Part shown: positions 40,080 through 52,432 of the stretch, piece by piece
How the letters are laid out: each line of letters opens with the position of its first letter
How positions within the stretch are numbered: position 1 is the first letter of the stretch
NCBI RefSeq assembly: GCF_009834535.1
Contig: NC_045697.1
Span: 62,622,001 to 62,686,000 of the forward strand
Length of the DNA: 64,000 nucleotides
Source: Camelus ferus
Lineage: Eukaryota
Direction: 5' to 3'
Translations under genes and position numbers: made by a program
Notes under the pieces: generated by a model
What the model saw: the letters and a program-made list of their open reading frames with translations, nothing else
Told to the model about the DNA's origin: nothing
Database searches by the model: none

Positions 40080-41109
40080 CTGAAGACTGCAGGTTTTTAA
40101 AATGTTTTTAAAAATTGTCAGAGAGAATCATTTGGATCAGTGACTGATTTCTGATTGCAGAAAAGTAAATAGTAAAGCATATGACAATGGTAGCACAGAT
40201 TTGAAAGAGAACATTTTCCAAGTAGCAAAATAATGAGTCCACACAGATCATATACAAAAGTCACAGAGCATACTGCCAGCGAAGAATTCAACTGCCCAGA
40301 GAAATTTGTTTGATGACTTTTAAAAATTTTTGTTTCTAATATTTACATTTGTTTATACATTTCTGAATATATAAAGATTTATTTGTTTCAACACAGACAT
40401 CAGTATGAATGCCCAGAATTTTCTGATAGAAGTTTTTCTAGAGTTCGTCCACACTTAGAAAGAGGGGCTGAGTAAATTAACAAACAAACAATAAATAAGT
40501 GAACAATAAACAAATGATTTCCTTTTTTCCATCTCTTTTCATATCACATCTGTTAAATCCTCTTGATTATACATCATAAGCATCCTGCGTTGGTTTAAGA
40601 TGACATTTTTCTCATCCCTGCATCATTAGTCATCAAAATGGTCTTCCTGCCTTTGGTGTGGCTGCCCCTAAATCAGACCTAAACACTGGAGAGAAGGTCT
40701 GAAATACAAACTTAAAGATCTTTCAGGAGCTCCTCTTCACCTGTGATAAGGTGCACGCTCTCTGATAGGAGATCTAGCCCCACCTGACTTTCTTATGTCA
40801 ACTCCTGCCTCTCTTCCACAGGCCTCTCCTTTCCAACTGACTCAGGCTCAGTAAAGGCACAACCCGTCTAGCTTTTCCTAAATTTAATTTGTGCTCTTTG
40901 CTTCCGTGCCTTGGCGCATGTTAATCCATTGGTCCAGCATGCGTTTGCTAACGTGTATGCAGGAGAAACCACACAGATCAGAAAAGGAACATCAAAAGTC
41001 CTGTTCCTCACAGTCCCTGGTCAGTTCCTCTGATGTCAGCCAGTGCTGATGCACAATTTCTTATGGGCTTTGCTTCATTTTTTTGCCAGCATCTTGCCTT
41101 AAGTATGCT

Positions 41110-41461
41110 TTGCTTACTTGCTGTCTGCCTAGGGTTTCTCTAGTGCTAAAGATAAGATGGGACCCTACAGAACTGCAGAGTTAATATCCCAGTGGCAGCT
41201 CTTAATCAATGGGACACAGGAGCTGATGGATAAATGCTTCTTCCTTGTGTCCTTCAGGCAGATAATTCAGGGAAGCCATCTATACAGTTCTTGAGAGGTT
41301 GCAGGGACTTAAAGGCCCTATTGCCAATAAACTACCTTTATACTAGCTTTTTCTCCCTACCTGCCATACCCTTTCCTGTTCCTTGGGATTACCACCCAAA
41401 CCAACTACCTGCATTCTCCACTGACTTCAGACTGCTTCTGAAGAATCTGACAAAGCTAACA
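41110..41461 (+). mobile_element. ERVL LTR (LTR16C-like)
   Basis: gagttaatatcccagtggcagctcttaatcaatggg...gatggataaatgc...cttgggattaccacccaaaccaactacctgca. Confidence 0.75.
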
Positions 41462-41649
41462 GAAGGCCCAGCTCCTGTTTAAACACAACCTGCTTCTGTG
41501 TTGCCAGGTCCCCAAACCTACTTCTATTATAGATCTTAAAGAAATTTCTTTAAGTGTGAGGTTTCTCTTATTCACCTTTGAGTCTCCAGTGTTAATATAG
41601 TCCCTAACAAATTACAGATGTTCAGTGGGTGACTAGTAAATAAACGAAC

Positions 41650-41702
41650 TCATAATTCTCATTTGCGGACTTTTTGTTAAACCGCGGCTTTAAGAAACAG
41701 AC
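41650..41702 (-). pseudogene. 53-nt exon-like segment (VCFLKPRFNKKSANENY) with duplicated acceptor
   Basis: ttttacag| at both 41703 and 41742. Open frame with retained CpGs. Weak donor gttcgt. Confidence 0.4.
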
Positions 41703-41745
41703 CTGTAAAAAAAAAAAAAAAAAAAAAAGAAAGAAACAGACCTGT
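41692..41745 (+). mobile_element. Poly(A)-only retrotransposition insertion with perfect 15-bp TSD
   Basis: aagaaacagacctgt (41692-41706) + A22GA + aagaaacagacctgt (41731-41745). The empty site tt|aaga fits L1 endonuclease preference. Confidence 0.85.
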
Positions 41746-42333
41746 AAAACACACCTCTAACGGTTATAGCACCTAATACTGAGTGACAACTCAGGAATAT
41801 TTGTGAAATGAAAGAAAATGAAGGAAGGTGACTCACAAAAGAAGAGACATGGCCAAGGTCTGGCAAGATATATCACCCCAATATAACTTACGATAAGTCT
41901 TGAGGGAGAGAGAAAAACAAGATAGGCACCTTGTCTCAGGCTCCCCATCTAGAGATATTACCCTGGGGAAAAGTATGGTCTGCAGGAAAAAGGGACTAAA
42001 GCAAGTGTTATTTTCTTTAACCTCTCTCAGGCAGAGTCAGCCTTGCTGCAAAGCAGCCCCAAGCAGTCCTGCCCGGACAAATCACTAGCACTATGACTAT
42101 TTACATTTTTTATTCTTCAAGACCTATAGCTATAAATATCTAGTGCTGTGCCAGTTTTCCTTTAAAATTTTAGGGAAACATTACAAGAGAGCACAGATAC
42201 CGATGCTTTGCTGGATCATGCACAGTTCTGTGTCCCTTTGATTATGGCAGCCAGCCTGAATCGTTACTGGTCGTCTCCCTACTCAATATCCACTAATCCA
42301 CCAAGGAAAGGTTATGAGATATGTAATCATTAC

Positions 42334-42501
42334 CCCACAGTTTTCTGACCATTTCCTTCATCAGCATTCTGTAGGTTTGAAAATGAATTCTATGCTTTGT
42401 GACCGCACATAAAATACAATAAAAGCTTTTTACCTGAAGGTAAAATTCATGCATATTCTTACAACTTTATTAGCAATAGCCTTCAACTGATATTGTTTAT
42501 T
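42334..42501 (-). pseudogene. Two exon-like segments (42501-42434, 42368-42334) separated by a 65-nt intron-like gap
   Basis: atttacatcag|...TTCAG|gtaaaa and cctacag|...TGGG|gtaatg. One joined frame is open (NKQYQLKAIANKVVRICMNFTFRMLMKEMVRKLW). Confidence 0.4.
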
Positions 42502-43259
42502 CTGATGTAAATGGAGATTCAGTATGGTGGTGAGAGGTACATAGAAGTATGTCTTACTGAGGTTTGGAGAAAAGATCACTACTGGTGGTATAAAAATGCG
42601 AAATTATATAAACTATCATTAGAAATACGTAGAAGACAAAGTTGAAGTATTTTTATAATCATAGCACATTTCAAGTAACCTGAAATATTTTTACATATGA
42701 GTATTTCAAAATTATTTAATTAATTCCAAAATACCCATTATGACATTTCTGTTTTTTATGGGAAAAATATTTTACCCGGTTGTAAATTGTTCAGGTTAAG
42801 AAAATAATTTACTTAATTTGAAACATTTATGAAGATAAATGTTTATGGTAAAAATTTTTTAAAACATAGGTAGAAGTTCTACCCACCCTTAGACACATGA
42901 CTGGAGAAAAAAGGCAATAAATCTTTTATCTAGAATTCTGGGGGTAAGTAGAATTCCCTTGTTTTGTTGGCCTAGGATTGTAATGGAGTTTAGGCACAAT
43001 GGAGCTGGCTGGACTCGTGTCAAATAAGGTGTATGATAAAGGTTGCAAAGTGAAGATTTATACATTTTTTTAGTCTGTGGCTGAAATGGTAAGTTGCAAG
43101 CATTTTACTTTGTCCAAAAGTGAGTATTAGGCCTAATTAGCTCAAATACTCAAATTTTCATTCACTCCGTAAAAACAGTTCCACACTTAGTCATTCTTTA
43201 CACCTCTCTCTCTCTCTTACCCCTCTTACACCCAAATTGTTAACTTTTTTTCCTCTATT

Positions 43260-43880
43260 TTCACACTTGCAATCTGGTTCAGACCTTCAGTGATCTCTCA
43301 ACCTATATTTGTGCTTAAATTTCCTAATTGGAATTCCTACCTAATCTCTTCTTTTATTTCTACGTCTGCCATCAGAGCTTTCTTTCTAAAATCCAAAATT
43401 AATTTCACCACACTCCTGTTGAAAAACTGTCAGTGTGTCCATATGGCTACTGACTAAAGTTCGTGTCACACAAAGAGTCACTCACTGCACGGCCCAAGCC
43501 ACTTCCCAGCTTCACCTCCAGGTACCCCGTCTTGGGCTCTCAGCAAGGAGTTGAGGGTACAATGTAATGCAATAGCCGCTGCTCTCAACGAGCTCAGAAT
43601 CTAGCTGAGGAGATGCACAAGCAGATTACTGTGCACTGGCTGGTGCAGGGACAGGAGTGTGCACAGGACCATGGAAGCAAAGCGAAGGGATAAATCATAA
43701 GTCAGGCTAGGAGGTGGAGAGGGTTAGGGAAAACTTCCTGGAGAAAGAAAGCAATGCTCGCGGGAAGTCTTGAAGTTTAGGGAAGGGTTGGTAAGAGAAG
43801 GGAGAGAAGGCAAGGAGAGAGCAGCACAGTGGCACCAAGGTAAGAGAAGCCTGGTTAGAAGCAGCTCGGTGCTGCTGATG
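43260..43880. mobile_element. Old L2 fragments in both orientations
   Basis: tctgccatcagagctttctttctaaaatcc...cactcctgttgaaaaac (+) and gctctcaacgagctcagaatctagctgagg...gggaaaacttcctggag (-). Confidence 0.55.
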
Positions 43881-44466
43881 TTCGAATGACACTTCTGTGA
43901 AGCTTTTTCAGTCTTCTTGTCCAGAGTTCAATTCTCAGTGTTCGCACGTCACTTTATACTGACTCTTATTACTGTCTCTATCACATTTATTATAATACTT
44001 TGACTGAGATGCCTTGTCCTCTACTCAGTTTTGTATCTCAAACCCACAGTGTGACCCAAGTCCCCATACTCGCCCAGGTTGTGTCCATGCCATGTTCCTA
44101 TGGAAATGGAAACCCACGCTGTAACGACCATCCAGAATACCTGCCTGTATGATCATGGCCCTCCCTCCCTGATGCACAGATGCCTACTAGAGGGTGTGTG
44201 GTTTTCAATGGATTCCTGAGGAGGACCTTTTATGGATCCCATCCACAGGCTCTGCCACCTTTAGATAAACCGTCAGTGTAGACCTCTGCTGTCACTGGGT
44301 TTTCTGACCAATGCTATACATCTTAGACTGGTTCTTTTTGCTTCCTGTTATGAGATGTACATCCCTAGTCTAAACCTGAACACAAAGATAACAAATGTTA
44401 AAGATGACAAAAATTCCAAAGTTTTTAGGAAACATCTGGATGTGCAGAATAGTTTGGGGTCAATAC

Positions 44467-44920
44467 CTCAAAACCAATAGCAAATATTTCATATATTATT
44501 TACAACGGGGACCTTAAGAAACACTACACCAAATTCTCAGTTTGTTAAAGTCCATCAATTAGTAACATGCAAATCATTTTTCAAAAGTCTTTCTAAATTC
44601 ATTGCATAAAATAGGGAAAATGCTTTTTTTTAAATTATTACACGTGGTTTGCACTTTTCTGTTTATCTTGAAGAAACTATCTTTTAAGTATTTGACTATC
44701 AGAATATATCACTCCAAAATCTTGAGATTTCAGACAAATCTATTAGACTTCAAATTATCATTGTTACCCCTAACTTCTCTCTTCAAAGCATTCTGTGCAT
44801 TGCCATCAGATTTGATACTTGAAAGCTTCAATTTCATCATGTTATTTCTCTCATTAAAAATTTTTAAGGATCTGATCAAATTTCCCTGTTGTATGTAGTT
44901 CCCAGATAACCAACTCTTTA
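44467..44920 (-). pseudogene. Large degenerate exon-like segment (KSWLSGNYIQQGNLIRSLKIFNERNNMMKLKLSSIKSDGNAQNALKREV...)
   Basis: 62 open codons, then sparse stops in the same frame. The Leu/Phe-rich + ORF 44602-44898 is its in-register antisense shadow. Donor GAG|gtattg. Confidence 0.45.
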
Positions 44921-46158
44921 CTATAATTATTTATCCTTCTCCAAAATTATTTATGACTCATATACTACTTATTTGATTTATAAATACACTGATTTTATGA
45001 TTATTTGATTAAGTAATTAAAAGATTAATCATATTAAGTGATTTTTAAAATTAATTAATTCATCTCCCCTTATCAATTAGACTATAAAGCCTTAAGGGCA
45101 GTTGAGTAGAGGCCCAAATGATTGCTGAATTCAATTATACTTCTTTATATAGAGAGCTTCACAGATAGGGCCTCTCATATGCATTTCCATATAACACAAA
45201 ATCAACAGCAAAGCAGTTGGTTGCTTGATGCACTGGGTGTAGACTGCAACAAGGCTTGCATGAATAGTATCTTGTAGGAAAAGTGTGAAATATGTTTCTC
45301 TAATCTGTAAAAATGCAACTGGAATTCATATGGTTTCCTAGTTTGTACTCTACTCATAAAGACAAAACCTTTATAGACTTATAACTTCACACCAGGCATC
45401 ACACTTTGACACAAGGGGAGAGCATCTCTAATCCTGACTAGCTGCATCACCAGACAAGCTGTGGTCACAAGAAAGGTAGATGTCTCGGCACCAGTCTACA
45501 TTGTCTGTAGAAGCAATTCACGTGTCCCAGGGAGTGCAGAATCCTGATTATAACTCATGTTTAATGTTCAGCCAGAGGCCCTCTTCTTATGTTCTCAGTT
45601 TAATGACTCTATAGTAAGACAATAGTACAGTATTTAACCTAATGACAGTAGCACCCATCTTTCCTTTACTTTAAGATTATATACTGGCCTTAGCTATTTT
45701 AAAAAATAATTTATACCTTATTTATCAATAAGGAGAAAAAGGAAAACATTTCCTAATGTTTATCTCATAAATATAATTCTCAAAGGAGATACAGTCAAAT
45801 ACCTGACTTTTCTATTTCTCTTTTAGATGCACGTCTTTTACAAACACAGCCAGAAACTGCTTAGAACTAGGCAATTTAAGTAGCCAAAATGTCATTTGGT
45901 TCCTTCCTCAGTCTCAGAGGGGAGTCTTTCATCATGAATTCATCATTAAAAATAATAATGTGGAAGGTGTTACTTTTATAATTTTCTTGTCTTTAAACAT
46001 GGTGGGCATTATTTTAGTAATGTAAGAATGAGTATGATCTATAAAAGAAAAAAATTTTTAGATTTGAGAACAGATGGTTAATAATCATGACAGCATATAA
46101 TATATCCGAGGTTAATGACCTACATGCTGAACTTGTTTTAATTATTAAAAGCCATTAC

Positions 46159-46376
46159 CAACTAAAAATATCCTGCTTTAGCTGAACAAACAGTTACAAG
46201 TCTTTTTTTTTTTCTCTCTTTTAATGTCTTTATACCTTTAGAACAGTGCTTTTGCTGCTGTTCTCTCTGGAGCAACAGCAGATCCCATGTGGCTAGTCCT
46301 TTGTGAATACAAGGTGCACCCACGTGGACCTGGTTGTTTCTGTGTGCTTGGGAAACACATTGTGTCATACTAACAC
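46159..46376 (-). pseudogene. Exon-like segment (MTQCVSQAHRNNQVHVGAPCIHKGLATWDLLLLQREQQQKHCSK...)
   Basis: Open ORF 46162-46368. Possible donors AAG|gtataa at 46235 or TTG|gtaatg at 46158. Confidence 0.3.
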
Positions 46377-47727
46377 CTTAAGTACAAATTTTTTCTTGAA
46401 TTATTTTATTTCTTAGAATTCCAAGCCTAATTCTAATGGCCTTTGGATTAAGTTTCCCCTTCCATCAGTAGTTAAATTATTATTTATCTGTTAACTAAGA
46501 CCACTTCGAGTTCCTATCATTATGATATTGGAAGAATCAGGTAAGACAACATATTATGCTTACTCCAGTTATCAACAGAATGTTAAGAAAGATTTTTAAG
46601 AATGAGAAATGGTAATTCCAGGTTTCAGTTATTTGATACATTTCACCAGGGAATAGGAAAGACAAATAGATTGGGTCTGCAGTGAAATTTCAAGGTCAGA
46701 CTTCCACTCTCCTATTTAAATTTTGTTTTCCAAAGGTGGCTGGAGAAAATACACATTTCTTCCTAATCTTTATATACATATTTTTTGTAGATCAGACTCT
46801 TACTTGAGCTAGGTGATTTCATTATCATTACCTGTAACTATTGTTCTTGTGGTCATGTGAATGAGCCACTGGCAATCAAGCCAAACAAATTCTGCATTCA
46901 TACCAAATTTTAGCACCTATAAGGATGACTTCTGAGTGGCAGAAAAGATATCTCATATTTTCTTGACTCCAAATTTAAGTATAGTTAAGGTTACATTATG
47001 AGAAAAAACTTTTCATCTTTTTTCCTTCACATATGGGATGAAAAAATAAGATTTGAACATTTCATTATCTCTTGCTTCTATATCTATCTTTAACAAAATT
47101 TTAAAATGTTTCTTTTGAAGAATTACATAATATGTGCATTCAACCTGAAAAGTCTAACATATAAATAGATGCTTAAGAAACTACATTCTTAATTGTGGGT
47201 TTATAAACTGTATGAAGAGATCTTCATTTATATTAATTGGCCTTCTTCTAGGATGAATGTCTTAAGACAGCTATTCTACCCCCACCCCCCCCTTTTTTTT
47301 TAAATACTGACTTCCAGAATGGAGTGGGGAGTAATAAAAACTACATATTTTTATGAGACATATTCTTTTTCAATGTCTGTATTTGAAACACTTTAATCTA
47401 TACATTTGACATAGACAATATTATAGTTTATGGCCTGTGATTTATAGTAATCTTTGCATCATTTTTCTGAGTTAATTTTATAATTGAAAAAAACAAATGA
47501 AGTGACCAAGAAAATACTCTAGGGTGCAGAAATAACTTTAAACAATAAGAAACTTGAAGTACAACAAAGAGGCCAAGGTCAGGCTAGACAAAATAGAAAG
47601 AAATACACTAAAAAAAAGGAAGAAAAAGAAAAGAGTATGCTATGGCTTCTCCACATATTCCTCCATGACAGAATGACAGAAACTAATCTAAGGGCAACTC
47701 AATAGTAGTCAATAATTATTAGCTGAA

Positions 47728-47773
47728 GGGATGGATGGATAGGTGGACAGACGGATAGATAGATGGATGGATG
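47728..47773. repeat. Degenerate (GGAT)n tetranucleotide repeat
   Basis: gggatggatggataggtggacagacggatagatagatggatggatg. Confidence 0.85.
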
Positions 47774-48889
47774 CTTGCATCTGGTGACCTTTGGCCAACT
47801 TGAATAAGCAGTCCAAATCTCTTAGACAAATCCCATGTGACATGTTTCCTTCATCTATGAATAAACAGACTTAAAGACAGGCATTAGGAGAACATGGTTA
47901 CTGTGACACTCAGATTGCTATAAAAAAGGAAAGAAAAAAAAGAGCTTGAAAGTTCTTGTTGAAAAAAATGTTTATATACTTGATAATGTGTAATATTTCT
48001 ACTAATCAACAAAGAAACCCTGCCTTGGAGAGAAACATTTATGTTGGGTGTTATTGCTATCAATCATTTTGCAGTAAAAGGATGGAGGACAATGATAAAT
48101 TTCTTTTAAATTCTAAGATGAGTTGGAAATGGGGGAGAGAGCGATATATCTCCATTGCTTAAAACTATGAAACAGATCAAGGAAAGAATGTCAACAGGAG
48201 AAAGGGTCTTCAATACTTTTAAAACAAAAAAGGCTTCTTAAAACAAGAAGACTACAGCACTAGGGAAAACAATACTTATTCTAGTGCCCATTCTACTACC
48301 TTCAAGTTTTGTGACCTTGGGCAAGTCAGTTAATTACTCTGGGTCTGAAAATGAATCTGAAGAAGGGAGCTATGGTGGTCCATGCCAGTGCTAAGACTGG
48401 TGATTCTGCACCCACAGTTACATCTGAAAACTTCCCTGGCATTTTTGAAACTTCCCAAGGGTACCAGGAATTTCATGTATGTTTATAAAATACCCTTGGG
48501 AGAATTTTCTAAATAACACTGTCACATGTGTGAAGAAATGTCTTTATTAAAATTCCTCTTAAGTTGTTCCTTCTCAAGGTTGTGGAAGCTGAACAAATCT
48601 TAGAAACTCCTTTAGAACTGATGATCATTCTACTTGACTACAAAATTTAAGAATTCAACAATTTTTCCTTTTAAAGTAACAATATACTTTAAAAAAAATC
48701 TGAATAGCTACTTAGTCATCTTAATCTATATGCATAAATTCACCTTAAAGTAACTCTTTTTTAGAAATATGGAATGGGATAATTAACCAATATTTATCAA
48801 GCAATGTTTATTCTTCTGAGATAGTGTGGGAAGAGAACATAAAAGTCTAGCAACATAAAGACATTGATCCCACAAATCATATAGTATAC

Positions 48890-49420
48890 GTTTGGAAGAT
48901 TGGGTGGAAAAATTTTATTATTAAAGAGACAAGCTGTTCTTTAAGAGAAAGAACACTGAATTCTCTGGTTTTCTCCTCCTAGTCCCACTATGCCTCTGGC
49001 ATTACATAACTACTGCCAATCAACTGCATCCAGAAGGTGGGATAAAATGCCAAATTATCTTTCGGCAGGATTCCAGAGATTCTCAGATGGTTCTGTTCCT
49101 TTTCCTTCTTTAAAACTGTATCATACAAGCTAGGTTTATTTTGAAATGTCCATGAAAAACAAGTCAGGTTTGTCTCGAAAAATTGGTCCCTCCTAGAGTC
49201 AAAAGTTTTTGAAGATGCTTCATAAAAATTCATTTGTTCATTTTATTATTTTTAATCTTGTTCATAAATCTGCCTCATATAAAGAGCTTCAAAATTTCAC
49301 CATATTCTGACATTACTATAGAAATATATCTAATATATTCATCAAAAGAGGTCAAAATATTTATTAAAGAAATGTCCTATTCATTGATTTTAAGAAATGT
49401 TAGAGGAAAACCAATATAAC
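48890..49420 (-). pseudogene. Large frameshifted exon-like segment (YIGFPLTFLKINE*DISLINILTSFDEYIRYISIVMSEYGEILKLFI ... YVMPEA*WD*EEKTREFSVLSLKEQLVSLIIKFFHPIFQ)
   Basis: Acceptor tttaatttcaatttcag. Contains the 81-aa minus ORF 48988-49233. The + ORF 49234-49419 is the antisense shadow of its 5' part. Confidence 0.5.
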
Positions 49421-50334
49421 CTGAAATTGAAATTAAAGATCATTCAATGAAGTTGACCATTTTATTCATCAAAAATTAATGACAATAATGAAAAATATAT
49501 AGTGTTTTACAACTTGTAAAGTACATCAGTGTAAACATGTATGTTTTCATTTGATTCTCACAATCACCCTGTTAGATAGATAATATTATCTTCTTATTAC
49601 ACATAAAAATTAGGGAGGATAAATGACATGAATAAAGTCGGAGAACCCTTAAATTAATGTGCTAATTATAATTCCTAAATTAATTTTAGGATCAGACTAC
49701 TTTCATTGATATCTAAAGACATATTTAGTTATATACTTTTGTAAAATTCTGCTAACTTTTTAGTGATCTCATATGTGTTTGTCTAGGAAACTACTGCAAA
49801 AGCAAGAAGGGGAATACATTAAAAATGAGAAATATTTACTGAACATAATACATTTATTGTACATCAGGAATTTCCAATATTTTCAGCAGCAAATATTTAC
49901 TTCTCCTAACTTTCCTAAGGAATTGGTGAAGATATAAACCAAAACTTAAATTTAAGAATTTTCATCAAAACATTATTTATAATACAAAAAATTACAACTA
50001 AATTGTAGTAATTTATCCACAAGTCAACTGAGAGCCACATAATTTGATCATAGGCACAACAGTAGTTAGGGACAGATTTGGAACTCAAATGCATGTTAGC
50101 TATCTCTAAATACAGAACTCTCTCTACCAGGACACTCTTTATACTCTAACTGTACAACTGATGGCTTTCCAAGTTGTTTATTGAATATGGGTATGGGTTT
50201 ACGTATAATTGTGATTAAAATTTTTATTCTTTTAAGTTAAAAGCAAGGGAGGATGAGTACTGCACAGCCCAACAGCAGGTTGCTATGCTGCCACATGTAC
50301 CAAATGCTAGACACTACATTTCATATTCAAAATA

Positions 50335-52432
50335 TTTTCAAGGTATAGAAGAAATGTACCTCAACACAGTAAAGTTTATATATAACAAGCCCACAGCTGA
50401 CATCATACTCAATGATGAAGAGCTGAGGTTTTTCCATTAAGTTCAGGAAAAAGACAAGTATGCTCATTCTCACCACTTCTATTCAACTTAGCACTAGAAG
50501 TCCTAGCCAGCGCAGTTAGGCAAGGAAAAGAAAGAAAAGGCATCCAAACTGTAAGGAAGATAAATTGTCTCTGTTTGCTGATGATATAATCATATATATA
50601 TGGAAACTCTAAAGACTCCACCAAAGAACTATTAAAACTAATAGACATATTTAGTAAAGTTCTAGGATACAAAAATGAACATACAAAAACCAGTTGTGTT
50701 TCTATACTCTAGCAATGAACAATCCAAAAAAAGAAATTAAGAAAACTAAACCATTTGTAATAGCATCAAAAAGAATAAAACACTTAGGAATAGATTTCAT
50801 TAAGGAGGCGAAAGATGTGTATACTGAAAACTATGAGACCTTGTTGAAAGAAATTGAAGAAAACACAGATAAGTGAAAGATACCCCATGCTCATGCATTA
50901 AAAGAATTAATATTGTAATAATGTTACCCAAAGAAATCTACAGATTCAATGCAATCCCTATCAAAATTCCAATAGAATTTTTCACAGAAATGGAAAGAGA
51001 AAAATAAGTCTAAAATGCCTATGGAATCACAGAAGACCTTGAATAGCCAAAGCAATCTTACAAAAGAACAAAACTGGAGGCATCTTACTCCCTGATTTCA
51101 AACTATATTCCAAAGTTATAGTAACCAAAATAGTATGGTACTGGAATAAAATAGTTCAATGGAATACAGTAAAGAGACCAGAAATAATCCCAGATATATA
51201 TAACCAGTCTTTCACAAAGGCTCCAAGAACACACAATGGGGAAAGGATAGTCTCTTCAATAAATAGTATTAGGAAAACTGGATATCTACATTCAAATGAA
51301 TGAAACTGGACTCCTATCTTATACTACTCACAAAAAATTAACTCCAAATAGATTAAAGACTTAAATGTAAGACTTGAAAACTATAAATCCCCTAGAAGAA
51401 AATATAGAAATAAAAGCTCCTAGATATTGGTCTTGGCAGTAATTTTTTGGATATGACCCCCAAAGCAAAAATAAACAAGTGGGAATACACCAAACTAAAA
51501 AGGTTCTGCACAGTAAAGGAAATAATAAATTGAAAAAATAATCTCTGGAATGGGATGAAATACTTGCAAACCATATATCCAATAAAGGATTAATATTCAA
51601 AATATATAAAAACTCATACAACTCAATAGCAAAAAAAGCCCAATAGCAAATAACCCAATTAAAAATTGGGCAAAGGGCCTAAACAGACATTTTTATTTTC
51701 AAAAAATATATACAAACGGTGAGCAGATATATAAAAAAATACTCAGCATCACTATCACGGAAATGCAAATCAAAATCACAATGAGGTATCACCTCACACC
51801 TGCTAACAAGTGCTGACAAGGGTATGGAGAAAAGAGAGCACTTGTACATTGTTGATGGGAATTAAATTGGTACAGCCATTATGGAAGACAATACAGAGGT
51901 TTCTCAAAAATCTAAAAATAGAACTACCATGTAATCCAGTAATCCATATCTTCTGTGCATATACCCAGAGGAAATGAAATCAGTGTCTTGAAGACATATC
52001 TGCACCTTCATGCTCACTGCAGCAGTATTCACAAGAGCCAAGATATGGATAAAATCTGTGTCCATTGATGAATAAATGGATAAAGAAAATACGTGTATGT
52101 GTATACATGTTAGTCAAAGGGCACAAATGTTCAGTTATAAAATGAATTAGTTTTGAGGATTTAATAGAAAGCATAGTGGCTATAGTTAATAATACTGAAT
52201 TATTAGTATTATTTTAATATTGTATTGATATACTTTGTTCTCACCACAAATATAAGAAAAAATGGTAGCTGTTTGAAGTGATGGGTGTGTTAATTAATTT
52301 GACTGTGGTAATCATTTCACAATATATAGATATGTTAAATCATATTACACACCTTAAAAACCATGTTAAACAGTTTAAATATATACAATTTTTATTTGTC
52401 AATTATATCTCAATAAAGCTGGGAAAAATAAA
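50335..52432 (+). mobile_element. Older 5'-truncated L1 (L1MA9-like 3' end)
   Basis: Degenerate RT region (ccacttctattcaac...gaagtcctagccag, ctgtttgctgatgatat) and 3' UTR ending caattatatctcaataaagctgggaaaaa. Confidence 0.92.

Noticed and set aside
48890..49420. RGS-domain or PLAT-domain identity for the fossil gene
   Set aside because: Only vague pattern similarity across different frames. No convincing match to RGS22, RGSL1 or PLAT consensus from memory, so no gene symbol is given.
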